Shown here: in pieces, positions 1 to 9,217 of the stretch
How positions within the stretch are numbered: position 1 is the first letter of the stretch
How the letters are laid out: the number at the start of each line of letters is the position of its first letter
DNA from: Candidatus Pacearchaeota archaeon
GTDB taxonomy: Archaea > Nanobdellota > Nanobdellia > Pacearchaeales > GW2011-AR1
Length of the DNA stretch: 64,000 nucleotides
Reading direction: 5' to 3'
NCBI GenBank assembly: GCA_018303755.1
Contig: JAGVXO010000006.1
Location: forward strand, 1,140-65,139
Translations under genes and position numbers: made by a program
Notes under the pieces: model-generated
What the model saw: only the letters and a program-made list of their open reading frames with translations
Told to the model about the DNA's origin: nothing
Database searches by the model: none

Positions 1-564
1 GACACTCTTCAGATACTTGAAAAGCAAAGAGAGCTTTTTGATTTATATCTTGAAAGATTGAATCACTTTGAACTAGCAGATGAATTAAATATTATGCAGG
101 CATCTAGGGTAATACAAAAAGGAAAGGTAATGGAAAAAATACTTGAATCCCTTGAAAAAATGCTCATAGAATTAGGAGGCGATGGAAGCTTGTTAAAACT
201 AAGAATCAAAGAGCTTATGAGGGACGTAATAAAGGAAACATCACTTGTAATAAAAGATTATACTAATTTATCCTCTAAAAAGACGAATTCAATTCTTGAA
301 ACGCTGTCTTATGATGATTTAATTGATTTGGAAAATATCACCCTCGCGCTCGCGCAGAATGAGGGGGATAAGCCAGAGATATTAAAAGGCTGGAGGTTTT
401 TATCAAGAACTCATCTTTCTGAAAAAGAAATTGAGACAATTATCCGGGAAATGAAAGGGTTAAGAAAAGTGTTAAATGGTGCAAAAGAAGATTTTGAAAA
501 TTTAATCGGAGAGGAAAAATCATTTATCTTGTTAAATGATATAAAGAGATTAAAGGCGAAGTAA
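1..564 (+). CDS. partial CDS (5' end outside window); DisA-like linker/helix-hairpin-helix C-terminal region
   Basis: Frame 1 is open from base 1 (DTLQILEKQRELF...), so the TTG at 58 in the ORF track is probably internal. The tail KGWRFLSRTHLSEKEIETIIREMKGLRKVLNGAKEDFENLIG resembles the HhH C-terminus of DisA-type proteins (motif level only). Confidence 0.4.
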   Translation, partial: DTLQILEKQRELFDLYLERLNHFELADELNIMQASRVIQKGKVMEKILESLEKMLIELGGDGSLLKLRIKELMRDVIKETSLVIKDYTNLSSKKTNSILETLSYDDLIDLENITLALAQNEGDKPEILKGWRFLSRTHLSEKEIETIIREMKGLRKVLNGAKEDFENLIGEEKSFILLNDIKRLKAK

Positions 565-580
565 CTTCTGAAATGCCTTT

Positions 581-730
581 AATTTATTCTTCTAACAGCC
601 CATAATTTTGTATTATTTTAGGCAAGATTATTAACTTTTTTATTTTCTTTAACATTAATCGAAAAATTTAAAGAACCAATGTGAAAATGGATAGCAGATT
701 TGCAAGAAAATAAGTGAGTGAAGCGAGCAC
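581..730 (-). repeat. three-block intergenic repeat (my label IGR3B), full copy, reverse orientation
   Basis: It runs from rc-C block TTCTAACAGCCCATAATTTTG to rc-A block GCAGATTTGCAAGAAAATAAGTGAGTGAAGCGAGCAC. It starts 17 nt after the stop at 564. Confidence 0.75.
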
Positions 731-785
731 ATTAATAGTTAATTCAACACAAAAATACTTTTAAACTGCTGTTCCAAGCATTTTC

Positions 786-2483
786 ATGAAACTAACACGA
801 AGGCAGTTTATCGCATCGCTTGGAACTATTGCAGGAAATTCTTTAATTCCGATAGATTCTTCATCTGAAATCTTTGGTGCTTGGCCGGTTTTAAGAGAAT
901 GGAATTTTAATGAATTTCACAAATATTCTGATTGGGTTAGAAATATTTACAAATTTAAAAGAGATGGAACAGGAAAACAAAAAGGCGCAAAGATTGATAG
1001 AGTTATGATAGATGATGAAATGAATTTGTTGAATAATCCTGATTTTTTACAGAATGGAAATGCTCAATTAGGTAGTGATGATTTAGGTTTGTTGAAAGCG
1101 ATGTGCCATTGCGGAAGTTTTCCAGAATTGCTATTTCTATATTATAATTATCGGAGAGGACTGCCTGCTGTTGTCTCGCAGATAAAAATGAAAAAAGGAG
1201 GGGATATAAGATACTCTTATGGAAATCATCCTGTTGGAAGTGTTGATAGTGTTTCTTTTAATGGAAATTTTAGAGGTTTTTTAAGTGCTTCAATGGAAGG
1301 GGGTGAAAATGGATTTAATTTTGTTTCTGGAAATTTTAGGACAGCTCCTGATTTAGAAGCCACTGATTCTGTTCCTATTTCAATAAATCAAAGTTCTTTG
1401 GTTCCGGGGACAATGTGCTATAATGCCAACGGGCACTGCCTTGTTGTAGGGGATATTGATTCTTCAGGCGAGATTCATTTTCTTGATTCTCATCCAGACC
1501 ACTCAATAACTTTTAATCAGACACTTTCTGCAATACCCTTTGTCAAATCTGCTGAGCTTGGTGTTTCTGGATTATCAAGATGCTATGATGGTTTCAGAGT
1601 TATGCGCTTTGCAAAAATGCAGGGAGGAAAAGCGGTTCATTTTACAAATCAAGAAATGCTTGAGTTTGGATACAGCATTGAGCAGTATAAACTTATGGCA
1701 GAATTAAATGAAAATGGAAGTATAGAAATAAATGGAGAAAAAGTTTCTGACTATCCTGGAATTGTAAGAGCTTCATTAAGAACAGGAATTGAATCTCCTG
1801 TAAAATTTTTAGAATCATCTGTTTTAGAATTTTCAGAAATGCTCGAAGAACGAGCAGAGTTTGTCAGGCAGGCGTGGAATGATGTTCTGCAAAACGGAGT
1901 TATAACTTTTCCAAATGATTCTTCTGAAGAAAATATCTATCAGGCAAATGGGCGTTGGGAAGTATGGAGCTCTCCTTCAAGTGATGTTGACAGAAAGAAT
2001 AAATATTCTTATTTTACCCAAAGATTAAAATCAATGCTGGAAAATTTTGGAAATTCCCAGATATGCGATTATTCTGGATTTTCATCTAGAAAAGCACTTG
2101 CAGAATTTTTAATAAAAAGAAAAGAAGAATTATTTTTAGAAAAAGGAATTGTATATGAAAATTCAAGCGGAAAATCTTTTAGATTAGCTCTGTCAGATAT
2201 TGAAAGCAGATTGTTTGATATGTCCTTTGATCCTAATCATCCTCCTGAATTAAGATGGGGCGCGCCAGAAAATTCTGAAGAAAGACAGGGAATGAAATTA
2301 TTTAAAACGCCATTAAGAACAGGAGAAAGTTTGGATGCTTTGACAGCTTATAATCTTGAAAAAGGATTGAGGTATTATCCTGTTCGTCAGGCAACTCCGA
2401 CTTCATTAAATTTAGAAGCTAATCCTAAAACTCCACCATTTGAACTTTTTAATAAAGTTCTGGCATCTTATCTTGCGCCATAA
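786..2483 (+). CDS. secreted hypothetical protein with twin-arginine-type signal; possible papain-fold (NlpC/P60-like) hydrolase
   Basis: The N-terminus MKLTRRQFIASLGTIAG looks like a Tat signal. CHCGSF and NGHCLVVGD..GEIHFLDSHPD weakly resemble Cys/His catalytic segments. Confidence 0.6.
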   Translation: MKLTRRQFIASLGTIAGNSLIPIDSSSEIFGAWPVLREWNFNEFHKYSDWVRNIYKFKRDGTGKQKGAKIDRVMIDDEMNLLNNPDFLQNGNAQLGSDDLGLLKAMCHCGSFPELLFLYYNYRRGLPAVVSQIKMKKGGDIRYSYGNHPVGSVDSVSFNGNFRGFLSASMEGGENGFNFVSGNFRTAPDLEATDSVPISINQSSLVPGTMCYNANGHCLVVGDIDSSGEIHFLDSHPDHSITFNQTLSAIPFVKSAELGVSGLSRCYDGFRVMRFAKMQGGKAVHFTNQEMLEFGYSIEQYKLMAELNENGSIEINGEKVSDYPGIVRASLRTGIESPVKFLESSVLEFSEMLEERAEFVRQAWNDVLQNGVITFPNDSSEENIYQANGRWEVWSSPSSDVDRKNKYSYFTQRLKSMLENFGNSQICDYSGFSSRKALAEFLIKRKEELFLEKGIVYENSSGKSFRLALSDIESRLFDMSFDPNHPPELRWGAPENSEERQGMKLFKTPLRTGESLDALTAYNLEKGLRYYPVRQATPTSLNLEANPKTPPFELFNKVLASYLAP

Positions 2484-3198
2484 AAGGAATTGCGAGGTCA
2501 TATTTCCTAGAATTCACATAAAAAGGAATTATTTGCGCTGTTGTAAATCCTCTCTCATGCACAAGCACAATATCTCCATCTTGCGCTTCTGAACAATTTT
2601 TCATTATTGTTCCAGCACTTAATGGAGATTTTTTGGAATAGTATCTCCAGTCAAGTGTGTCAATATCCCAAAACTGAATTTCACTTTCCTGCGATTTGAT
2701 AAACTCTTTTATATCTGCTCTTGATGAACCATAAGGAAATCTGAAAAATTTTCTTATTCTTCTTATTCCTAAATGAGCATATGCTTCTTCTATCAGCTCT
2801 TCTGTTTTTTCAAACTGCTCTTTCGCACTTGCAAAACTTACTCTTTTAAAATCAGGGTGAGTGTATGAATGATTTCCTATAATACTTCCTGCCTCTAAAA
2901 CTTTATAGGCCTTTTCTCTCTGTGTCTTTAGTTGTTTCCCTATAAAATAAAAGATTGCATTTTCTCCATTTAAATTCCTGAGAATTTGCTCTGTATAATA
3001 AGAAGGGCCGTCATCTATTGTAAGAAAAATTCGTTTTGGTTGTTTTGGAAGAGCGGGTTTTTCTTCTGCAAATGATTCTAAGCCAGTTAATAATGTTCCT
3101 GCTGAGGCAGTGAATACAAGTCCATTTTTGAGGAATTCTCTTCTGTTCATTAAGCAGTTTATTAAAATTCTTTTTAAATAATTCTTGCATTTGAACAT
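2449..3198 (-). CDS. polysaccharide deacetylase (NodB homology domain) with Tat-type signal
   Basis: NodB motifs FLTIDDGPS and GNHSYTHPDF are present, with signal MNRREFLKNGLVFTASAG. An alternative start lies at 3150. The 3' end overlaps the convergent gene by 35 bp. Confidence 0.85.
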   Translation of the reverse strand: MFKCKNYLKRILINCLMNRREFLKNGLVFTASAGTLLTGLESFAEEKPALPKQPKRIFLTIDDGPSYYTEQILRNLNGENAIFYFIGKQLKTQREKAYKVLEAGSIIGNHSYTHPDFKRVSFASAKEQFEKTEELIEEAYAHLGIRRIRKFFRFPYGSSRADIKEFIKSQESEIQFWDIDTLDWRYYSKKSPLSAGTIMKNCSEAQDGDIVLVHERGFTTAQIIPFYVNSRKYDLAIPFMAQDKMPELY

Positions 3199-3260
3199 AT
3201 ATTTTATAAAAGATATATTGGATTTTATTATATAATTTAGAGAAAATAACTTTTTATAAT

Positions 3261-3414
3261 ATGCCCACTCTGCTCGCTTATCTATTTTTTAAATCCCTAA
3301 CCTGCATGGCCTCTTGATTTTTATGCTTTTAATTAGTATTAAGAATAAAGGAAAATGGGAATTGAAAAGATATTGAATTAGGGAAAATTATAAGATGTTA
3401 GCAAAATAGATTAT
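3261..3414 (+). repeat. IGR3B full copy, forward
   Basis: The A block is degenerate (GCTCGCTTATCTATTTTTTAAATCC). The C block is GAAAAGATATTGAATTAGGGAAAATTATAAGATGTTAGCAAAATAG. Confidence 0.7.
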
Positions 3415-3490
3415 TGGCTCGGCTTCGCCTCGCTCGCTTGTTTTGCAAATCCTCAATTTGTTTGGACATTGATTATTTGGATTTTTTAAA
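3415..3490 (+). repeat. IGR3B partial copy (A/B blocks), forward, tandem to the previous copy
   Basis: TGGCTCGGCTTCGCCTCGCTCGCTTGTTTTGCAAATCC...; it abuts the HerA-like gene's stop. Confidence 0.6.
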
Positions 3491-4798
3491 TCATACTCTT
3501 TTTTCAACTTTAACAGCTGTCGGCGCTTCACCGCCGTGCCATGTAATTCTTGGCTTTATTCTCATTGGATACAATCTTTCTGAATTGTCATCTAAGATTA
3601 TTGCGCTTCCTTTTAGATTAGGAAGATTGTCAATTTCTTGTTTTATGCTTTCGAGAAGATAAGTTTGCATTATTTCATTCAGCGCAGAAATATCAGGCTG
3701 TGCAGTAACTCTATGTGAAATAACAACATCTGCCTGAGTCATAACATCTCCATGTATCTGCCCTGGTTGCTGTGTTGCTAAGACAACAGAGATTCCTGGC
3801 TGTCTTCCCTCTCTAAGAAGCTGTATAAGTGCGTCTGATGCAGGAGTTTTGCCTGTTTTAGGAAGAAATTCATGAGCCTCGTCAATAAATATCCAAGCCA
3901 TTGGAACGTCTCTCACAGGCTTGAAGGAAAGATAATCAACTCCATGCCTGACTGCTTCTACTTCTTCTGCTTTTCTTGAGTTCATTCTTTCGTTGAAAAT
4001 TTTTCTTGATAATAGTCCTATGACAAGCGCCCTTACATTAAAAGCACCAATAGAGTTATAGACACTTAAATCGATAATTGTCGGCTCTCCTGATTTCAAT
4101 AACTCTTTAACACTAATGGGTCTAATGTTGCCTTCTGCAAAAACTCCCCATGTGCGCGCACTTTCAAAAAGCCCGATTGCAGAATTTTTTACATCAGAAC
4201 TATACTCTGTTTCTTTTTTTATCAAATCAATAATCTCTAGTATGCTAAAATTTTCTATATTAATATTAAAAAGAACTTTCTGTATTAAAACAGAAATAGG
4301 ATTTGTCATCTCTAATCCAAATATGAGCGTCCAATCCTCTGCTTTCATTTCAGAGACACTTAATGCAAATGATGCATCAACAGGAATTCCTTTTTCAATA
4401 TAATTCTCATAATGCCCGTAGGGAACAAGAACTCTCACAGAAATATTTTCTGGCTTTAAATTCCACTCATCAAGAAGCGCTTTTTCTTTGTTATTCTCAT
4501 ATTTCATTGTCCAGAAAATTCCCATTGTATCAAAAATAATCGGCGTGATATTTTTCCTTGATTCAATAGGAAGCCTTGAAATCTCTTCTGCAATAACTCC
4601 AAGCGAATAGGATTTTCCGCTTCCGCGTTTGCCGGCAACTAAAATTACATGGCTTCGGGCAATATCTAAAAAAATATTATTTGAAAGAGAGGTATACTGC
4701 CCCATTTTAACATAGCCTCTTCCAATTTTTATCAATCCTTTGTCTCCAAATCGCTTTTTGTCAGAATCATCTCTTCCTATAATAATATCATAAGGCAT
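3491..4798 (-). CDS. HerA/FtsK-like P-loop ATPase (DUF87 type)
   Basis: Walker A GKRGSGKSYSLG, Walker B WIFIDEAHEF, and LATQQPG are present. No NurA-like partner is adjacent. Confidence 0.75.
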   Translation of the reverse strand: MPYDIIIGRDDSDKKRFGDKGLIKIGRGYVKMGQYTSLSNNIFLDIARSHVILVAGKRGSGKSYSLGVIAEEISRLPIESRKNITPIIFDTMGIFWTMKYENNKEKALLDEWNLKPENISVRVLVPYGHYENYIEKGIPVDASFALSVSEMKAEDWTLIFGLEMTNPISVLIQKVLFNINIENFSILEIIDLIKKETEYSSDVKNSAIGLFESARTWGVFAEGNIRPISVKELLKSGEPTIIDLSVYNSIGAFNVRALVIGLLSRKIFNERMNSRKAEEVEAVRHGVDYLSFKPVRDVPMAWIFIDEAHEFLPKTGKTPASDALIQLLREGRQPGISVVLATQQPGQIHGDVMTQADVVISHRVTAQPDISALNEIMQTYLLESIKQEIDNLPNLKGSAIILDDNSERLYPMRIKPRITWHGGEAPTAVKVEKRV

Positions 4799-4822
4799 AA
4801 TAATATGTAAAGAAGCGCGTAT

Positions 4823-5152
4823 TTAATTATTTTGTTTTTCCAAAACATCAATCAATCTCTGATGGTATTCTTTGTACTTCCCATAGTCAATCAGCCCTAA
4901 TAATGCAATATCACATTCAGCACTTCGCCTAAGATTTCTTATTTTTCTAGATTTTAATCTAGGATAATAACGAGGATTTGTGCTTTGGTTAACATGCTCA
5001 ATCTCAGTTAATTTTCGTTCAATAACACTTGGAAGCGAGTCCTTAGTGCAATGATCACGATATTCTCCGTCACTGCTAAGAGCACTCAAATAAGTATATA
5101 ACATCCTGCATCTAAGTTTATCCCATCGCTCTCCCATGAATAAATAAGGCAA
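4823..5152 (-). CDS. hypothetical protein
   Basis: 109-aa ORF directly upstream of, and co-oriented with, the HerA-like ATPase. No recognisable motif. Confidence 0.5.
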   Translation of the reverse strand: MPYLFMGERWDKLRCRMLYTYLSALSSDGEYRDHCTKDSLPSVIERKLTEIEHVNQSTNPRYYPRLKSRKIRNLRRSAECDIALLGLIDYGKYKEYHQRLIDVLEKQNN

Positions 5153-5293
5153 TCATCATTTATTTAACTTTTGTTGTGCTGCAAAATCAAGGTTAATAAA
5201 ATGTTAATCAAGCGATTTAAAGCGATTTAATGTTAATTTACGGATTTTCAAAATCACCACAACCTTTTTAAACAATTTTTCTCTAATGAAAGG

Positions 5294-6262
5294 ATGGAAA
5301 GTGCAAAAGAACAGGTAGAAACTCCAAAAAAGAGTGTGATTAGTAAAATACCAAGGCATAATTGGGCTATTACAACCTATATCTTGGGAGTTCTTTTAAT
5401 ATTTTTAGTGATAAACAATGGGGGAATAACCGGCAAAACAGTCAGCGAATCAAAAGCTTCAGATGGATTAGTAAGCTACCTTAATTCACAAGTCGGCGGA
5501 GGAGTAACTTTTGTATCTTCAAAAAGTGATGGAAGTTTATACGAAATCACTGTCTCTTATCAGGGGCAGGAAATTCCGTTATATGTAACAAAAGACGGAA
5601 AATATTTTGTTCAAGGTGTTGCTCCATTAACTGCTTCAACAAGCACAACAAATACTGCTTCAACATCAGCAGAAATACCAAAATCTGACAAGCCAAAAAT
5701 AGAATTATTTGTAATGAGCTTTTGCCCTTATGGTGTTCAGGCAGAACAACTAATGAAACCAGTTTATGATTTGTTAAAAGACAAGGCAGATTTTAATATA
5801 AAGTTTATAGTCAATGTTGGCGGGACAACTCTTGATAGTGTTCAGTCGCTTCACGGGGCATTAGAAGCACAAGAAAATGCAAGGCAGGTTTGCATAAATA
5901 AATATTATCCAGATAAATTATGGGATTATATAACTGAAATAGATAATACTTGCTATCCTACATATAGCAAAGATATAGACATTTGCTGGAAAAAAGCAGC
6001 AGCAAAATTTAGTATAGATACAGCAAAAATTGAAAATTGTTTAAAATCAGAAGCAGTAACAATACTTAAAGAGCACGAAGGACTGACAGATAAATATGGC
6101 GTGAGCGGTTCGCCAACTATTGTGATTAATGGAGCAATGTATAGCGGAGGAAGAAGTGCAGATGCATTTAAGCAGGCAATATGCTCAGCATTTAATAATG
6201 CTCCGGCAGAATGTGAAAAAACTCTTTCAACAGCATCAGGAGCAGCAGCAGGAAATTGTTAA
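5294..6262 (+). CDS. membrane-anchored thioredoxin-fold (DsbA-like) protein
   Basis: It has an N-terminal TM helix and an S/T-rich linker. FCPYG stands where a CxxC is expected. The C-terminal YGVSGSPTIVINGAMY is typical of the DsbA/Trx fold. Confidence 0.6.
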   Translation: MESAKEQVETPKKSVISKIPRHNWAITTYILGVLLIFLVINNGGITGKTVSESKASDGLVSYLNSQVGGGVTFVSSKSDGSLYEITVSYQGQEIPLYVTKDGKYFVQGVAPLTASTSTTNTASTSAEIPKSDKPKIELFVMSFCPYGVQAEQLMKPVYDLLKDKADFNIKFIVNVGGTTLDSVQSLHGALEAQENARQVCINKYYPDKLWDYITEIDNTCYPTYSKDIDICWKKAAAKFSIDTAKIENCLKSEAVTILKEHEGLTDKYGVSGSPTIVINGAMYSGGRSADAFKQAICSAFNNAPAECEKTLSTASGAAAGNC

Positions 6263-6271
6263 TTCTATAAA

Positions 6272-6664
6272 ATGAAAATCTCAGAACTTAAAGCAGGGCA
6301 GGGAAATGTTAATATTGAAATAACTGTAAAATCTGTTGAAGAACCGAGAACTATAGATAAATACGGACGCAAGATAAGACTTGCAAATGCTGTTGTAACA
6401 GACGGAGAAAGCGAAATTAAGCTTACTTTATGGAATGATGATGTTGATAAAGTAAAAGAGGGAAGCATAATTAAAATAACTAATGGGTATATAAACGAAT
6501 TTCAGGGAGAAAAACAGCTGACAACAGGAAAATTTGGAAAAATGGAAATTGCCGGAGGAAAGTCAGGTAAAAAGGAAAGTAAAGAAGACAAGGATTCTTC
6601 AGAAGATAGCGAAGAAGGTTTTGAAGATTCTGGCGAAGAAAGCGAAGACACTGAGGATTATTAG
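6272..6664 (+). CDS. OB-fold single-stranded DNA-binding protein with acidic C-terminal tail
   Basis: MKISELKAGQGNVNIEITV...KLTLWNDDVDKVKEGSIIKITNGYINEFQGEKQLTTGKFGKMEI matches the single-OB archaeal SSB pattern. The tail is SSEDSEEGFEDSGEESEDTEDY. Confidence 0.7.
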   Translation: MKISELKAGQGNVNIEITVKSVEEPRTIDKYGRKIRLANAVVTDGESEIKLTLWNDDVDKVKEGSIIKITNGYINEFQGEKQLTTGKFGKMEIAGGKSGKKESKEDKDSSEDSEEGFEDSGEESEDTEDY

Positions 6665-6706
6665 TTTTCTTAGATAAGAATTATTATGAAATTTTGTTAA
6701 CAGAAT

Positions 6707-6746
6707 GAAAAGATTTTGAATGGATGGAGTTATGGGATGTTTAATA
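6707..6746 (+). repeat. IGR3B C-block fragment
   Basis: GAAAAGATTTTGAATGGATGGAGTTATGGGATGTTTAATA, immediately adjacent to 108-bp repeat copy A. Confidence 0.5.
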
Positions 6747-6848
6747 CTTGTGAAAAATCTCCAATCTTTAGATTGGAGTTAAAATGTATAGATTTTTCCC
6801 GGTTCTCCCAAAACCCAAACACAAACTCCACACTTTAGTGCGGGTATA
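6741..6848 (-). repeat. 108-bp repeat, copy A (last 22 codons of rnp3, stop, hairpin and T-run)
   Basis: It is identical to 57225..57332 at 105 of 108 positions by hand alignment. Confidence 0.9.
6752..6778 (-). terminator. hairpin plus T-run after the rnp3 stop
   Basis: On the minus strand, CTCCAATCT-AA-AGATTGGAG (9-bp stem) is followed by ATTTTTC, directly after the TAA. Confidence 0.5.
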
Positions 6849-7282
6849 TTGTCTGTTGCCATGCCTAAAGTCAGCAAAAGCGCGCGCATATTTTCTTTGT
6901 CTTTTGAGTTAACAAGAACAATTCTTGTTTTATTTTTTCTGCATAATTTGATATTTTGGATAATTCTTGAAAGATAAAATGCTTTTTGCTCTTTATTTAA
7001 GTTAAGTAGTTTTGAAATATTAATCCCTATTGCAATGTTATTTTTTAATGCTAATTTGCATAGAACATTATTTAATCCAGAATCTCTCTGGTCAAGCCGT
7101 TCATTTTTTCCAGAGTATTCAATGTCAGTCAAATAATCGCAGTATTTTCCCTCAATAATTTTTCTGTTAAATTCTGCATCTTTGGCAGAAACTGCTGTTT
7201 TAACTCCTTTTTTTGACAGTTCAATAAATTTAGTCCTGACTTCATTTAGACTATTACTATCAATTAAAACAATTTTTTCCAT
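6779..7282 (-). CDS. rnp3: RNase P protein component 3 (Rpp30 family)
   Basis: GLNNVLCKLALKNNIAIGINISKLL...RIVLVNSKDKENMRALLLTLG aligns by eye with the archaeal Rpp30 core. Start chosen at MEKIVLID; the ORF extends to 7393 but then overlaps the divergent gene. Confidence 0.6.
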   Translation of the reverse strand: MEKIVLIDSNSLNEVRTKFIELSKKGVKTAVSAKDAEFNRKIIEGKYCDYLTDIEYSGKNERLDQRDSGLNNVLCKLALKNNIAIGINISKLLNLNKEQKAFYLSRIIQNIKLCRKNKTRIVLVNSKDKENMRALLLTLGMATDNIPALKCGVCVWVLGEPGKIYTF

Positions 7283-7332
7283 AAGAATTAAAGAAAAACA
7301 AACTTTATAAAGGTTAAAAAAGAATTTTAAAG

Positions 7333-7641
7333 ATGGCAAGGCTATATAGAAAAGGCGAAATAGTCGATTTTGGAAGCTCTTGGTTTCCAACAATTAAAGA
7401 AGCTGAAATTTATGAAACAGAGAGAAAAGAAGATGAAAACATAATGAGCATAATGTGGATAATGAGAGAATTATTTAATGCTCCTTTTGAGGCAAACGGA
7501 GTTGGATACAGAGCAAAAAGTGCCGAAGATTATGCTCTTGCAAATCCAACAATTGAAACAATGACAATTGACGAATTTATGGAAAGATTAGAACACCCAA
7601 TGATTTCAAAATTATATTGGGACGGAGAATATGTTTTGTAA
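7333..7641 (+). CDS. hypothetical protein
   Basis: 102-aa ORF with no recognisable motif. Confidence 0.5.
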   Translation: MARLYRKGEIVDFGSSWFPTIKEAEIYETERKEDENIMSIMWIMRELFNAPFEANGVGYRAKSAEDYALANPTIETMTIDEFMERLEHPMISKLYWDGEYVL

Positions 7642-7648
7642 TTTTTTA

Positions 7649-8341
7649 TTATCCTTCAATAATCGTGCCTGTGAATCTTCTTGAGTTTAATAAATTATCC
7701 AGATTATTTATATTTGAGCCTACAATATAAGTCGTTATTTTATTATCCATTATTATTTTTGCTGCCTTCTGGTCAAGCACAAAATGCTGTCCTGGCGAGA
7801 ATTTCATTTTTAAAGCTACCTTATAAAAGTTACCCCAAGTTATTTGTGGAATAAATTTAGCATCTTTATGCTCCAAGGGATTTTTGTCATGAAGTCCTGA
7901 AACATTTGTTATATTTATAAAATCTGCTTCAAACTCTTCTGCAATCTGCGCCGAAGTTGTATCTGAAGTTTGGTTTGGATGATATTCTAAAGCTCCGCAA
8001 AAAACAATATCCTGCTTTTTTATCATTTCTTTTACTCCGTTTATCGTTGATGGAATTCCTTCCATCTGGTCATTCCCAAAAAAATAGCTCATAAAACGGG
8101 CATTTGTTCTTGTAACAGAAATTCCTGCAAAACTCTGGAGCTTTTCTGACATTCCCTGTTTTTTAAGACCCCCAATATACATTCTTGCAACACTTCCTCC
8201 TCCACAGACTATAATAAATTTATGTTTTTTTGAATGCTTTAAAATTAATTTTTTAAAATTTCTTAAAAATTTTATATTAATCTCATTATTCTTAAAAATC
8301 ATGCTTCCACCCAAGCTTATTACAATCACATCCTTTTTCAT
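7649..8341 (-). CDS. pyrH: uridylate (UMP) kinase, archaeal type (amino-acid-kinase fold)
   Basis: VIVISLGGS, IIVCGGGSVARMYI and NQTSDTTSAQIAEE are present. Start chosen at MKKDVIVISLGG; the ORF extends to 8434. Confidence 0.7.
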   Translation of the reverse strand: MKKDVIVISLGGSMIFKNNEINIKFLRNFKKLILKHSKKHKFIIVCGGGSVARMYIGGLKKQGMSEKLQSFAGISVTRTNARFMSYFFGNDQMEGIPSTINGVKEMIKKQDIVFCGALEYHPNQTSDTTSAQIAEEFEADFINITNVSGLHDKNPLEHKDAKFIPQITWGNFYKVALKMKFSPGQHFVLDQKAAKIIMDNKITTYIVGSNINNLDNLLNSRRFTGTIIEG

Positions 8342-8420
8342 CGCTATATTAAGAAGCCCTATTTTATAAATCCTGCCATAATCCGAAATTATAAACATAA
8401 AGAGCCAATGTATAAGCAGA

Positions 8421-9170
8421 TTAAAGAGCTGCAAAATCCAAAACTATCGATACTATTCCAACTGCGAAACAATAAAATGAGAACATCCAGAAATAATTCT
8501 TTTTTATTATTGCCTGCAAGAAATTAAGAAAAACCAAACTTAAAACAAAGCATAAAATAAATGCAAAAATAATGCTTGCATTTATTGCAGCTGCGGGCGT
8601 TTTTATTAGTTCAAGAACAAAAGCCCCGAGTGAGAGGGGAATAAAAAGCAAAAAAGAAAATTTGACTGCTTTTTCCCTTTCAATTCCTGAGAACATTGCA
8701 GAGGAAATTGTCATGCCGCTTCTTGAAATTCCTGGAAATACTGCGAGTGCCTGAAACAGCCCAATAAAAATAGAATTTTTAAAATTAATATCCTTATTGC
8801 CAGAAAATAATCTTGTAGAAAGAAGAATTGCTCCTGTAAAAATAAAAAAAATTCCAATAAGCCATAATGAAGAAAAAAGCGATTCAATCAAATTGCTGAA
8901 AAGAAATCCGACGAGTGCTGCAGGGATTGTTGCAATAATCCAGTAAATCCATAATCTCCTGTATTCTTTTTTAAAACTAAAAAGAGAAATCAGCTCTTTT
9001 CTTAAAAAAATAATCACTGCAAAAAGAGAGGCAAGATGCAAAAGAGTGATAAAAAATAAGTTGGGTTTTCCGAACAGAGTGCTTGCAACGGCTAAATGCC
9101 CAGAACTGCTAATAGGCAGAAACTCTGTTGCTGCCTGAATAATTGCCAGCAATAACTCATAAAACATCAA
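8421..9170 (-). CDS. uppP: undecaprenyl-diphosphate phosphatase
   Basis: Signature EFLPISSSGHL in a polytopic membrane protein, with the second motif PGISRSG. Confidence 0.9.
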   Translation of the reverse strand: MMFYELLLAIIQAATEFLPISSSGHLAVASTLFGKPNLFFITLLHLASLFAVIIFLRKELISLFSFKKEYRRLWIYWIIATIPAALVGFLFSNLIESLFSSLWLIGIFFIFTGAILLSTRLFSGNKDINFKNSIFIGLFQALAVFPGISRSGMTISSAMFSGIEREKAVKFSFLLFIPLSLGAFVLELIKTPAAAINASIIFAFILCFVLSLVFLNFLQAIIKKNYFWMFSFYCFAVGIVSIVLDFAAL

Positions 9171-9217
9171 TAAAGGGCGATAGCAATCTTTAAAAATCTT
9201 CTTTTACGCTTTAGATA

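Noticed and set aside
3414-3662. ORF 3414..3662 (+) and ORF 59190..59393 (+)
   Set aside because: Both start inside IGR3B repeat copies. The first also runs antisense into the HerA-like gene. Neither shows a coding signature.
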